Origin: Bugula neritina
Lineage: Eukaryota; Animalia; Bryozoa
DNA: 64,000 nucleotides
Reading direction: 5' to 3'
NCBI GenBank assembly: GCA_964035545.1
Contig: OZ037768.1
Location: 1,892,741 to 1,956,740 of the forward strand
The notes below the pieces were generated by a model. The model had not been told where the DNA came from. It searched no databases and was given only the letters and a program-made list of their open reading frames with translations. Every line of letters begins with the position of its first letter. Within the stretch, counting starts at the first letter, position 1. The translations under genes were made by a program, and so were the position numbers. Below, piece by piece: positions 11,993-25,200 of this stretch.

Positions 11993-14934
11993 TCAGCTGC
12001 TCAGTGCAACAAGACGGAGATTAGGCTGACTCTTAGTTACATGTGTAGACTGTGTTTCTGTAGGTGATCTAGGGGTGGGTAGAGGTGAGACCCCACCCTC
12101 AACATGTTCGTCTGCACTACTGTCACCGTTTAAAAACCTTTCTATTAATTTATTTACAATAGTTGGCTGTTCCATCATGATCATGTGACTAGCCTCATCA
12201 ACATAGTACAGCTCTGAAGTCATCAATGTCTGAAAAATGTGTAAGAGTTGCTTTAAAGGCTATGATTCAGAGTGATTTATGTTTTCATTAGCTTCAGTAA
12301 AGGTTGATCAACTGGGCATGTTTGTACGACTACATATATACAATATAAACGATACTGTAAAAATCATTTGGTTATTCAGAGAAAGTACATTTTTTCAGCT
12401 AGTTAGTTTTTATTATATCTTTAAAAAGATTTAAAACCTACCAAAAATTGTTAGCTGATATTAATAATTTATCCCATCAACATATTTTTAACAATGTATG
12501 CTAATATTATTATAGGTCTATTTTTGGCTGCACAATTTATGTAGCAAAAACATCCACGGATGTGTGACTAGATCTCGCATCGATATATTGCAGTATGGAG
12601 TAAGTATTCAAATAAAGTCACCTGATGCATTTGAAGGGTTGCTGACGCTGCCTCAAGTTGGTCATCAACGCCGTGTAGGAGGAGAGTTGGCTGAGAAATT
12701 TTGCTGTGAAATTCCTCATTCCCAGCCTCCCACCGCTGGCCTTTCATTGTGTATCTGAAATATGTGCTATAGCTTTTTAGTCTGTAATTCATGCTAACAT
12801 TCTATCAACTCGACGTTATATTTCATCTTCATTCTAACATTTCATGTGATCACTTGTTTATTTCAAATGTTTTAAATACGCATAGATTTTTCATTGTAAA
12901 AATACTTTTTTTATATTTGTTCCAAGACAGTAGCAAAACACTACCTCTAGTGTTATCTATAGTATATAGATGTTTAACTGAACTAAATCTACATAAAAAA
13001 CCTATTTACATCCCATGATATTATCAGCATCTACTGACTGCTGTTCACATAATTATCTGCAATTTCATTTTTTTAAAAACCTATTTACAAAATAAGCTCC
13101 GTGTAACAGTATCAAATAGATTTCAATACAGTTCAAATAGTCTTAAAATCGTTCTATGTTACCGTAAAACATATGGTGGAACATCAAATGCTTTTTCCTT
13201 ATTGGGCAGATTTTTATTTTTTCTGTGAAACGCATTCCTAAAATAAAGCAATGAGAGTTTATGAAATGGTATATGCCACACATCTGGGCTATTTATTGTC
13301 AAATTTTGTCTTTATAGATCAGCAACCTTTGACATTAGAAGCTGTTAGTCAGCAGTAGTATAGTACACTTTAAGTATCAGCTCAGAAACTACATGTATTA
13401 CACACTTACTTATAGAATAGTCTGCTCAGTGCTGGTCTCAAACATGACAAGAAGAAGGAGGGGAGAGAGAGGACCCCTGCTTGAGGTCCTAAAGCCACAG
13501 GAGCTCCCCCACTTATTAGCACCAGTTTTGATATCTTGTCTTGTCTTTGAGAAGCAAGATAGGCGGCAAACGATGTTCTAAATATAACAAAACGAATTAC
13601 AGTATGACAAGGTCTGTATTACAATATTACAAAGTATGTATTATATAATATACAAAGTATGTACAAATATAATATATATTGGGATAAGTTGACCCTAGCA
13701 AGCGTTTACCTATTTATTGCCATACATTTAAAGCACAGAAATTTAGCAGTTATACATGTATATAGGTAGATTATATATATGAATGTATCTATAAATGTAT
13801 ATCTACATATTGTTACTTTATATAGATATACTTATATATGACCCAAGGCTCAAAAATAGTTAGTTTCATATTATCAAAACTTGTTTAATCAATTTTTTTA
13901 AAAAGTTTGCTTTGAATAAAGTTTTTATCAACAAAGTAAAATTTCCAACTCACCCATAGGAATGCCCGACAATCACATTGATGTCTTTACACATCTGGTC
14001 AAACACGTCAAGACAATGTTTCCTCATGCTCTCAAAGGTGTACAAACTACACTTATTAGGAGCACTACTGAATCCATGACCTATTAAATCAGGGGCTATG
14101 ACATGGTACCCCCTCTTGGAGAAATATTGCAGCTGAGAGCCCCAAACATCACTGCTGCCACCCACACCGTGTATAAATATTAGAGCTTTGCTGTCAGAAC
14201 TTCCTGACGTCTCATGATTAGGCTCCAAGCAGCGAACTCTTAACTTTACATCTTCCTCTGTAGTTATCTTTAAATAGTGAGTAATATTTTACTATCACAG
14301 CAGCAATGTGTAGTAGTATTTTGTGTATCGAAAATAATTTAAAGATTTGCATACAAAGCAATCTTTTGACTATTAAATTTTATATCTTACTATAAATTTA
14401 TTTGTGTACTGCAATAATTTAAAAATTTTACCTTTAAAATCATGCTGTTATAAACATATTTGAACAGCATACTCTTAAGTGTTGGAGTTTAACACCAATG
14501 TTAGTATTGGCAGAGTGCAACAATTTTAAGCTTCTAATTAGTTTAGAGCAGTCTAAATTCTACTAAAATTTTATACAACCAAGCAACTTTTTAAAGAAAA
14601 CAATAAAAGTTAGTGTAGTGTGACATGGTTATCACTCTCAACAAACTTAACAAACCCTCACTAGTTTTACTAGTACCCATACTAGAAGCAATTTAAAGAG
14701 CAATAAATTTAATGCAGAATCACAAAATAACATAAACTATTGACCTTTTGCAGTTACTGCTATTTAATACTTAATTTTAATTTTGAAAAAAAAACAATCA
14801 CAAATATACACAACAAAAAGTACGAAAATTTATGAGTACTCAAGTCTCAACCATCAACAAGCAAAACATACCCACTGTGTTTCTTTGTCATTGTGATCGT
14901 TAGGAGATATCTTATTTAGTTTGGAAGTTGTCAT
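11993..14934 (-). CDS. ABHD8: Alpha/beta hydrolase ABHD8-like, 6 coding exons
   Basis: MTTSK...QW|ITTEEDVKLRV...IFIHGVGGSSDVW...APDLIGHGFS...VGHSYG|TSFAAYLA...LVLISGGAP...|AFDVPPYVLR|YTMKGQRWEAGNEEFH...LLLHGVDD|...VDEASHMIMMEQPTIVNKLIERFL. G-H-S-Y-G nucleophile elbow present; all exons GT-AG. Confidence 0.88.
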
Positions 14935-15439
14935 GTCAAACTTCACATGACTTTTGAAAGTTTGAATAATATTATACGCTTTTTAGTCCTATACTTGAGT
15001 CTAGAACATGATAATATTACTGTACTTTTATAATCATGAATAATTTAAATATGATGAACTACAACTTCACTTTTATCATTTCCTTTGTTTATTGGTTACT
15101 CTGGTACAAACAACCTCCTGTACTTCTACGAAAAAGTTTTATATTTTGGAGTTATTTTCTCCAAAACAGCGCGTTTTCTCATGAAACCTTCCTTCTTTGA
15201 ATTTGCATTGAGAACCTACGATTTCAAAAAAAGTAGATTCGGCTAGTGATACCCCTTGTCATACTAATACTCACACCAGTAGTCAATGAACTGGAAAATT
15301 TTTAGTTCAGTGCTAGTAGTGGCATAAATAGACGAAAATGTTTAACTTTATAACCAATGAATACGTTTATACAGCATGAGCATAAGCTTGATGATTGTCG
15401 CTCTGAAAATGAAAGTGAATGCATTTGATTTTATACACT

Positions 15440-16030
15440 TACACTTAGTCTTACAGTTACCGCTTAGTCTTACAGCATAGCCAATGCCATAACATCAACT
15501 ATTAGCATGATAATGATGATCATGATAGTCGCTCTAACTACTAGTACTAGCAGTACTAGTACTAGTAGTGACTACTGGTACTAGACCTAGTACTACTACT
15601 AGTGCTGTACACTACTACTACTAGTATTACTATTACTATTAGTATTACGGTATTAGTATTACGTTTGACTTTGTGTTTTACTTTTTAGTTCAACTCGTGA
15701 TCCTAAACATAGTCATAATGATAATCATAAAGACTTAAAAGTTAATCATGATGATACTCGTACTCATAGTATTAGTCATACTTACTATCACTATGAGTAT
15801 CAGTGTGACTATCACTCATTCGCTCTCAGCTTCAATCTGTTGTTTCAAATATTAGCATAACCGTAACGTGGACTATCACCATCACTATGGTCTATGACTA
15901 TGTCTTAGACTTAGTCTCTCACTATCACTATTGGTCTTGGTATTACTTATCAGTAATGAGTATTAGCATTAGATTAGCTGGTTCTTCTCATTTATTATTT
16001 TAATTCTTTGGCTCTTTGACTTTATTACAC
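15440..16030. other. Promoter-proximal drifting 6-nt-unit tract between divergent ABHD8 and LSM7 (probable LSM7 5'UTR intron)
   Basis: e.g. actatc actatg agtatc agtgtg actatc; actagt/agtact runs; catagt cataat gataat. Confidence 0.6.
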
Positions 16031-16797
16031 CTATCCTTATAGTTATAGTAATTTTCAGACTTTTAAAAATACGAGATTAAGTACCTATATATAAAATGCA
16101 TGAACTGAAAAAAATGAATGTCTTTAGAGCTGATAGCCTAACTCCTAAGCTCGGCTAATGATTGAAATGCACCACTTTTATTATTATTTTTTATGAAAAC
16201 TAAAAATATCTGCTGAATGTCTGATTAGTATGCTGCTATTTATAGTACAATGTCATAATTTCTGAAAACTGCTTTTATATCAAAAATTTCATTCATTCAT
16301 CTATATGTGAGTTATTTTTAATAGTGTTGTAATAGTATTTTACTATTTAAAATTAGTAATCAAAAATATTTCATATGTCTCAGCTGAGCTATCAGCAGCT
16401 CCTTTGCGTAATTATGGTCACATGTATAGTCATCCTAGTGTCCTGTAAACTAGCTCTACATCTTCCCATATTAATTATTTTCAATTTCACAAGAAAAGCT
16501 TAAATCCTTTATCCAATCCAGGGATCTATTAATAAACCAACATTAATTAAATCACTTAGCAAATGCATGTAGACCTTCACTCAATTATGTTTAATCTCAG
16601 TGAAAGTTGTTGATGTGCCTGTGGCCAGTTGATTGGTTCTGCTTATGAAATATATTGATAACCTATTTGCTGGGCTAGTTGTCTAGGTGTGAGTTGGTAG
16701 TTGGGCATGTCAATAGTGGAGCCAGTTGGAACTAGTAGCAAGACTAGTTGACTGAATTTACTGTATATGCTGTTTACAGGGTCGATAGCTCCACACA

Positions 16798-17133
16798 ATG
16801 TCACAGCCATCTAAAGACCTTGGCTCCGGCTCTCAAGCTAAGCCAAAAAAAGAGAGTATTTTAGATTTATCCAAGTACATTGATAGAGCTATAAGGGTGA
16901 AGTTCACTGGTGGCAGGGAAGTCAGTGGTGTACTGAAGGGGTTTGACCCTCTAGTAAACCTGGTATTGGATGGATGCATCGAATATGTGCGAGATCCTGA
17001 TGATAACTTCAAGTTAACAGATGACGAGAGACAGTTGGGACTGGTTGTGTGCCGTGGTACAAGTGTTGTGCTCATATGCCCTCATGATGGCATGGAGTCT
17101 ATCGCTAATCCTTTCATACAGACTGCTGATTAG
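16798..17133 (+). CDS. LSM7: U6 snRNA-associated Sm-like protein LSm7
   Basis: KKESILDLSKYIDRAIRVKFTGGREVSGVLKGFDPLVNLVLD...RQLGLVVCRGTSVVLICPHDGMESIANPF. Single coding exon; 5'UTR acceptor tttacag at ~16779. Confidence 0.97.
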   Translation: MSQPSKDLGSGSQAKPKKESILDLSKYIDRAIRVKFTGGREVSGVLKGFDPLVNLVLDGCIEYVRDPDDNFKLTDDERQLGLVVCRGTSVVLICPHDGMESIANPFIQTAD

Positions 17134-17408
17134 ACAAGATCAAATTGATCTTTAAACAAGCTTTTAGTCTGTTTTGTACATATTTTTTGTTACTTTCTTG
17201 TATATATTTGACAACTAATACATTATATACGAGTAAATCATAAAATGACTATTAATGTTGCTGTTTAGTTTTCTGATCAATGGGTCTGTTGCTAAACCAT
17301 ACTATTGACAAGTCAAACAGAGCTATATTTTTATTTCAAATAATTTTTTGGGGAAAGCATGTATTCATGCCTTTTAGGTCAAAGCTTAAAAAATGTTGTA
17401 GAACTAAT

Positions 17409-18280
17409 AGACCATGTAAAACTCAGCCAATCAGCGAAGTGTACCAGGTCAATGTCTTACCATTGTAACTGATATAAAATTCTGCAAGTTCAATTGCAAA
17501 ATGCATGCTTCTAAAAGCTAGTTGTGCAACTTTTGTTTCATGCATTATTTAATTTCATATCTTAAATTGATGACTCTTGAAATGATTTTTTAAAATGTCT
17601 AAATTAAGTGTTTATAAAACGCAATTAAAAATTGCATGTCTAGAAAAATGACCTGGTACACTTTTGCAACTTAAGGCCAATTATTACATAACTGCCAGCT
17701 TAGTAGTTATTTGTTGTTGCAGCTTGAATGGGTTATTGTTTAGCATTGGAAGCTTGCAGTAAACATCTGTGAATTTGGTACATGACTTTGATTGGCTGGT
17801 TTTTGAATGGCCCTTTAGTATATGCATCTGGATGGCTGGGTAGTGTAGACTCCGCCTACATCTAGCTAATGTACAGTAGCCAATCCACAGTAGTATTACA
17901 AAATTTCTGTTTAACAAATGAAATATTCTGGTCATTTGTTTTGTACTTTACAATAGTAAATATTCTATTCAACTAGAATTTTATTGTATGTAAGCCATGG
18001 GAACTACTAAGAGGTTAAATCAACCACCCATGCTGGTAATATTGTTGCTCGCAGTAATAGCAAGTCCACACCGTATAAATATACACATAAGCTATTATGT
18101 GCAGCTTATGAATGCTGAAATGACCCCATTTCTTACTTTCAATTTGAAAAAAATTGTATTACATATTCTGCCACTTCTGCACCAGGAACTTGTTTTCCTT
18201 TTAAATTTTGAAAATAGTAGTCAGTTTCTATAGCAGTCAACATCCACAACGTAAGCTTTCAAATAAACTATAAATATATG
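17409..18280 (+). repeat. Left inverted arm (~872 bp)
   Basis: Reverse complement of 20013-20894, with few substitutions and two small indels at the inner end; near-identical ORFs appear on opposite strands in the ORF track. Confidence 0.95.
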
Positions 18281-19920
18281 GTAGCATATTGGCTTTGAAA
18301 GCTCAGAGGGATGTTCAGCTTCTCTCTTGTTGGAAAAACTATTAGATTGTTCAGTTCTCTTGCTAAAATATCTAATGTGTTTTTGAAAGTTTTGCTTGCT
18401 AGCAATCTAGAGATATAAAAAAGGTCAGCAAGTATTTGAAACTGTAAACCTTGACGCAGCTTCATCAAAGCCAATAAAAGTTTATCTTGTCTTGTTAACT
18501 TTTTTCTGAGAGTGAGAACTTTCATCTTCAGACATATAAATCTAAATATAGAAAATAAAGAATGAAAATTAAATTATGATTCAAATTATAATGTATGTGC
18601 TAAATAAATTTTGGGCTTAGTTTGTATTCATTCAGCAGTTTTTACCCTCTGGTAAGTAGCTTCAGTTATATTTTGCAACAACTATGAAGTTCAAGAACTG
18701 CTAGCTGAAGGCTTGACCCAATATATCACTATCCAAACAGAATGTAATGTGTGTCAACATGTGTTACATAATATTGTAACAGTACATGGTAAGCTAGTTG
18801 TATGAATACATGCTTTGAATGAAGTTATGAGTTTAAACAAATAGTGTTGACAAACAATTATTACTTCATTTTATAATTATACTATAACTAATTCAAACCC
18901 ATATTATTTCTAGAATAGCATTTAATAATGTTTGTGAATAAGTGAAACTAGTAACAAGTGTAAACCATTTTAGTTTTAAACACTGAGTTAGTTTCAGCTA
19001 AAAATTAGATTAGGAGGCCACTTTTGATAAGCTTTAAAATAACCAAGGAAAATTTAAGTCAAAACAATTTACTTTTCCTGGAGAAAGTGAGTCAATTTGT
19101 CCACAAATAAAAGACTGCTGCTTGTTTAAATAAAACCCTAAACTAAATAAGTCGAAGCATACAGATGACCACTGTGGTATTTATGAATATCTTACATAAA
19201 ACAAGATCTTTAATAAAAAATGTATGAATGATGTACTCACACTGCAACAAATTTAATTAAAATGACAGTTTTACTACACATCAAATTTAATCAATGTAGA
19301 AATTTTAGCATAGTGAGACTTGCATTGTTTATTTGTAATAAACCATAGTCTATCTTTGCAATAAGAAAATTATAATTTTTACCTTGCTAAAAAATAGTAT
19401 AGAGAACGTGTAGGTATTCCAGTATAGAATTTAGTTTGCTCATCTGTAGTGGTGAAAGTTTTAAAAACTTTTACTTTTTCAATAGTTGCTTTTTGTTTAA
19501 ACGTGGAACTTTTTGAGCCTTTTCTTCCAACTTTTGATTTTCGTCTATCAATAGAATGTGCAGATCTTTTTTTCTGAGTAGTTGATGATTCTGGTAACTC
19601 AGTTACTTCTGATGAAGTCTGACTATGAGGATGGCTGTCAGATGAGTTCTGTTGCTCTATATCAGCTGACTCTGTTGATAACGTTTTCTGTTTGCTTCCT
19701 TCACATGTTTCATTAAAACCACTGTTTTTTGTGAGTCTTACATTATATGCTTTAGTGCGTTGGTAACCCAAATGAAAGGTTGGAGTTGGATTTTGCTCAG
19801 TGGACTGACCATCCTTATGATTATGATAGTCTGCTATGCTCTCTGTAATCTACAGCCACCATTGGTGACTGATGAAATTTAGAATTTGAAGTAAAAATGT
19901 GTTATTTTTACCTGTGCCAT
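18268..19920 (-). pseudogene. Truncated transposase (THAP C-terminal remnant + HTH, no DDE domain); spliced open model ~249 aa
   Basis: Exons 19920-19912 (MAQ), 19849-19383 (...KDGQSTEQNPTPTFHLGY...DEQTKFYTGIPT...FLAR), 18541-18268 (...LTRQDKLLLALMKLRQGLQFQILADLFYISRLLASKTF...LIVFPTRE...IPLSFQSQY). Frame ends inside the left arm. Confidence 0.75.
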
Positions 19921-20012
19921 TATATAGAAATGTATATCTAGCTTTTATATAATATTCTTGTAATTTTTCATCATAGCAAGAACTAAATTACATTGTTTCC
20001 ACACTAATATTT

Positions 20013-20894
20013 CATATATTTATAGTTTATTTGAAAGCTTACGTTGTTTATTGTGGATGCAGTTAACTGCTGTAGAAACTGACTACTATTTTCAAAATTT
20101 AAAAGGAAAACAAATTCTTGGTGCAGAAGTGGCAGAATATGTAATACAATTTTTTTCAAATTGAAAGTAAGAAATGGGGTCATTTCAGCATTCATAAGCT
20201 GCACATAATAGCTTATGTGTATATTTATACGGTGTGGACTTGCTATTACTGCGAGCAACAATATTACCAGCATGGGTGGTTGATTTAACCTCTTAGTAGT
20301 TCCCATGGCTTACATACAATAAAATTCTAGTTGAATAGAATATTTACTATTGTAAAGTACAAAACAAATGACCAGAATATTTCATTTGTTAAACAGAAAT
20401 TTTGTAATACTACTGTGGATTGGCTACTGTACATTAGCTAGATGTAGGCGGAGTCTACACTACCCAGCCATCCAGATGCATATACTAAAGGGCCATTCAA
20501 AAACCAGCCAATCAAAGTCATGTACCAAATTCACAGATGTTTACTGCAAGCTTCCAATGCTAAACAATAACCCATTCAAGCTGCAACAACAAATAACTAC
20601 TAAGCTGGCAGTTATGTAATAATTGGCCTTAAGTTGCAAAAGTGTACCAGGTCATTTTTCTAGACATGCAATTTTTAATTGCGTTTTATAAACACTTAAT
20701 TTAGACATTTTGAAAAATCATTTCAAGAGTCATCAATTTAAGATATGAAATTAAATAATGCATGAAAAAAAAGTTGCACGACTACCTTTTAGAAGCATGC
20801 ATTTTGCAATTGAACTTGCAGAATTTTATATCAGTTGCAATGGTAAGACATTGACCTGGTACACTTCGCTGATTGGCTGAGTTTTACATGGTCT
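20013..20894 (-). repeat. Right inverted arm (~882 bp)
   Basis: Reverse complement of 17409-18280. Confidence 0.95.
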
Positions 20895-21299
20895 ATTCTG
20901 CCATTTGTGGGTTTTGTTATAACAGTGCTTACCATTTACGAGTTGTCTCCTTTCTAAAATGAAACCTCGAGCTTCGGTCAATATAACTGTGTACTTTTTT
21001 AGAAAATAGATGGTAGATTTAAAAAGATATAGTTGGCTAAAATTCACAAATGTTTTTTTAAATCTATGAAGTCCATGACAAACATCAACTCTAAAAAAGT
21101 GTGTAACTATAAGGTGTCGCATGGGTTTATGCGAATGTAAGGATAAGTACTATCTCGCCACAACCAACTGGAAATTTTGGAATATTTATTTGGTAGAGGT
21201 TACTAGCTAATGCAGTTTAAGTTTTTGCTTTTTTTACAAGTCAAAATCAATGTGATTTATATTGTTTATATCTACTTCAATTTGCCTGTGTTTCTTAAA

Positions 21300-21770
21300 T
21301 ATGGGTAGACTAAGACAGTAACTGTAAGACCAAGAGTTAGAATGTAAGAGTAACACTAACTGTAAGTGCAACTGTTGCATCTTGAAGTTGATCTACTGCA
21401 ACTGTGAGACCTAGTTACAAGTCAGTATGAGTATGACTACTGAAACCTAGTTTAAATTGAAACTATTATAATTTAATATTACTATTGTTATTTAATTTAG
21501 AATAAAATCGATACCTAGTCTTAATCTGAAAATAATGCTCATAGTCATAGTATCACTAGTAATCACTAATCAGTAGAGTAATCACTATCAGTGACACTAA
21601 ATCTAATTAGTATCACTATCAGTACAGTAGTGCACACTTACAATACTCATACTAATAGGATTAGTACTAGTAGTACTGTAAGTGAGCAACAATCAACAAC
21701 ATTGGACAGAGACTAGCAATAACTACATTATAAATAAATTAGTAAACTGTGACAGTAATGATAATTCGAA
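21300..21770. other. Promoter-proximal drifting 6-nt-unit tract upstream of the F-box/WD40 CDS
   Basis: e.g. catagt catagt atcact agtaat cactaa; agtatg agtatg actact; gtaact gtaaga. Confidence 0.6.
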
Positions 21771-22289
21771 TTTCAGGAAACAATGATTTTACTTTCACAA
21801 AATTTCAAATTTAAGTTAATTTGAATGGTATTTGTATGTGTTGTAGCTGTGATTATATACTGGTTGATACAAGTCGTAAGCATTTGAAAAAAAGCTTATA
21901 AATACACTTATATTATTTATAGTTATTCACCTTTGTGTCGAAGGTACTTTGCATAAAGTTAATGTGGAATTTTTAAACACCAATAGTATCACTAACACTA
22001 ATAGCTGCAAATAATAAATATATTTATCAGGTTTCTACATTAAGTTGGCAATAATATGACTTTTCAATTTTTATATTTTATATATAACTGTTTGCAAACA
22101 TTTTATGATTGCTTTTGCAAGTTTGTCATTTAAAACACTTGTACAGTAGAGTAATCGATTATTCACAACTTTTCATATTAAACTTGATATTTGATAGAAA
22201 GTTGAAATTTTTTTTAAGAGTAGCTTAATCAAGCTTTTTGTCTCATTTTATTCAGCAGGTGTTTAATTGTCAGCTTTTCTCTTGCAGAT

Positions 22290-25200
22290 ATGTATCATGC
22301 CAAAAATTCTATAGTAGACTATTCTGACAGACTGAAGCAAATATCTGAATTTTGTTTTGATGCTATGCTCCGAGGAATAAAGCATCAAAAGCAAGTTTTT
22401 TTATTTATTCCAAAAATGTTTATAGTTGCAAGTTTTACTGTTTACATGCAAATTTTTTTATGATGCTGTTATACTTACTTGTAAATTTGCAGTGGAACCT
22501 GTGAGAAGCCACGATCATCTAATAGGACATTATCCGGTATAACTGGAAACTTATCTAATGAGGTGAACAGCCTATCAGTGTCTCTTCAACGCAGACCGTC
22601 AAGCTTACCAAAGAACTGGAGGCATAAATTTCAATGTGATGACGCCAGAAACCTCAGTGCCTCTCCTGCCGATTTCAAGGCTCAGAAACGTGTAAGTTAT
22701 AATATAGATAACAGAATATCAATAGCCTTGGTCTGAGCAAAGTGATTATGATGACATTTATTTAATATTTATTTGATATTTAATAATAGCATCATGTGCA
22801 TAAGTTCTAACTATTTTCAGTTTCTAACAAAATTTTAATTTCTAGCTGTGTGCAAGTAGGCAAGTGCTATGAATGGTACGTTGTTAGCATGCAATATGTT
22901 GTGTTGTAGTGTGTCGTCGAATGGTTTAGTAAATACAGTGAAGTTCAGCGCAATCTTATGTTGAACGAGCTACTGGTAAGTAACTGATTTACTGTATCTC
23001 CTCATACCAGTCTTGACTATTCTGGCTGTTGACTGTATCTTCACATACCAGTGTTGACTGTATCTCTTCATACCAGTGTTGACTGTATCTCCTCATACCA
23101 GTGTTGAATATTCTGGCTGTTGGTGCATGTCATAGCTAACAGTTTCTAAAATAAGGTGTTACTTGATGTAACAGGCTAAGAAATGCTTCATTTGTCTATT
23201 AAGCTGTTGAATTTGGTACTTTGAAAGATTACAGTCACTATGCATTCAATTTTTTATGAAGTGGCCATTTTATGAATAATCATTTAGTTGGAGCTGTAGT
23301 ACATTGCCTATTTATATGTTAATACCCTGATGTATCTAACTTTTAGATTCGTTATAGTTTTATTTACTTCAAGTTAGTTGAACTAAAGTTTCGTTGTTCA
23401 CTGTAACTATTCCAGGACATGTGCAATCTGTCTCAGATGCATCTCCTATCACTGCGTCTGGAAGAGAATCTGCACAAGGAATGTCCACCCAACTGCAAGG
23501 ATTGGCTTTCCTGGCTTCCCGATACTATAGCTTTAAAGATATTTTCATACCTGGACCCAGGTACATAATTACACGGTGACAGTAGTATTTGACAGTTTCA
23601 ATTGTAAAACTTGATGAAAATAAGTACTGGTGAGATACCATTTTATTTTGTGAAAGAATTCTATATACCCTGTATAATATAAACTCTTTTGCTGGAAAAT
23701 ATTTTTCTCAAGTGTCGCTATTGTTACAGTGAGTTTGTGTCAAGCGTCGCGCTGCTGCTACAGCTGGCATGAACTGTCTACTGATAGTTACCTGTGGAAG
23801 TCTCTTAGCTGCCGTAAACCTTACCTGTTTAGTCCATCTTTACTGAATTCACTCATAATCAAATATACGGAGAGTGACAGTGGAGAAATATCGGTAGCTA
23901 TAGTCTGCAATCTCTCACTGCAATCTCCCTCCCCTCATTTAGTTTATTGTTTATGTAACTAAACTTCAACAAATGTATACACATTCAATCAAAGTAGATG
24001 TGAGTTTCTGAAAAATATTACTAGTTTTAAAAAAGTTGTTATGATAATATGTGAAAGTTTTGAGAATTTCCTAACGGCCACGTCTCACAAATTCAACATG
24101 TAAACGTCTGTTCAATAACATTTCAAGGTAACTTGTGCTGAAGATTTTGAAAGCTAGTTTTACAAATAAATGTTTACTCAGAATCCCAAATAAAACACTT
24201 AATTTGGACTAAAAAATCAACTATCACGATGAATCATGTATATTGAATCATCACTCATTTAGTGGCGGAAGGTGTTTTCCGAGCAATACAGGATTTCCAG
24301 CAATTGGAGGAAAGGTCGCTGTTTCATCAAAGAGTTCAGTGGTCACTCGGAGGGTGTCTCCTGTATCCAGTTTGACGATGAGAGAATCGTGTCAGGATCA
24401 TTTGACACCACAATCAAGGTGCCCTCTATTTACAGTTGCTTCTATTTGTCCTTGTAAGGTTGATATTTCAAGCCTTCTTATAACATTTATTATTACATTT
24501 TTATTTAATATACTTGGTATTTGTTCAGGCATAGAACATTACAATATTGCATAAAGTTATACTAATGACAGTTATTAATATATTATGTACCCATTTATTT
24601 GATAATTGCCTGCTGCTTTCTGGTTGGTGGCGAGATATTTCAGTGCACCTGTTATATATTTCTCTGTGTTGCAAGGTGTGGAACATCGGATCCAACTCCA
24701 TCTTGTTAGCTCAGACACTCACCGGCCACTCCAAGACTGTCAGGTGTCTGCATTTATCTGGTAACAGACTGGTCAGTGGCTCCAAGGACTGCACGCTCAA
24801 GGTGGAGAGCACTTGTGTTCTGTAGTGTAGTGTAGAGTGTAGTGTAGTGTAGTGTAGTATAGTGTAGTATAACATAGTATAGTATAATATAGAGTAGAGT
24901 GTAGAGTAGCAGGGGCGTAGTGTGATGAAGTGATAATTTTCTCACTGCCAACTGATTGCAAAGAGTTGTTTTGCTCGAACCTGTTGAAATATTTCTCAAC
25001 TTTTTTTAAAAATGAAGGTTATTTACTAATTCATCATAAATTTGCAAATGGAGGAAACCCTGGTGTTGAGGGGTGTAAAGGGTTGTATTAATCATTCACA
25101 ATGAATAAACGCGAATGTGGTACCTTTACACTACCAGGAAACATCAGCACAAATTCAGACAGTAGTCTCTTGTTGATCATTTTATAATTTCTTCATATTT

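Larger units (their letters stand above)
17409..20894 (-). mobile_element. Non-autonomous PHIS (ISL2EU/PIF-Harbinger-like) DNA transposon with very long inverted arms
   Basis: Termini AGACCATGTAAAAC...GTTTTACATGGTCT flanked by AT on both sides (17407-8, 20895-6). Internal THAP-tail and HTH_Tnp_4-like peptides. An AT TSD with THAP-HTH-DDE transposase is the described ISL2EU profile. Confidence 0.85.

Noticed and set aside
17684-20619. Paired 78-100 aa ORFs on opposite strands
   Set aside because: By-product of the transposon's inverted arms; no recognisable protein.
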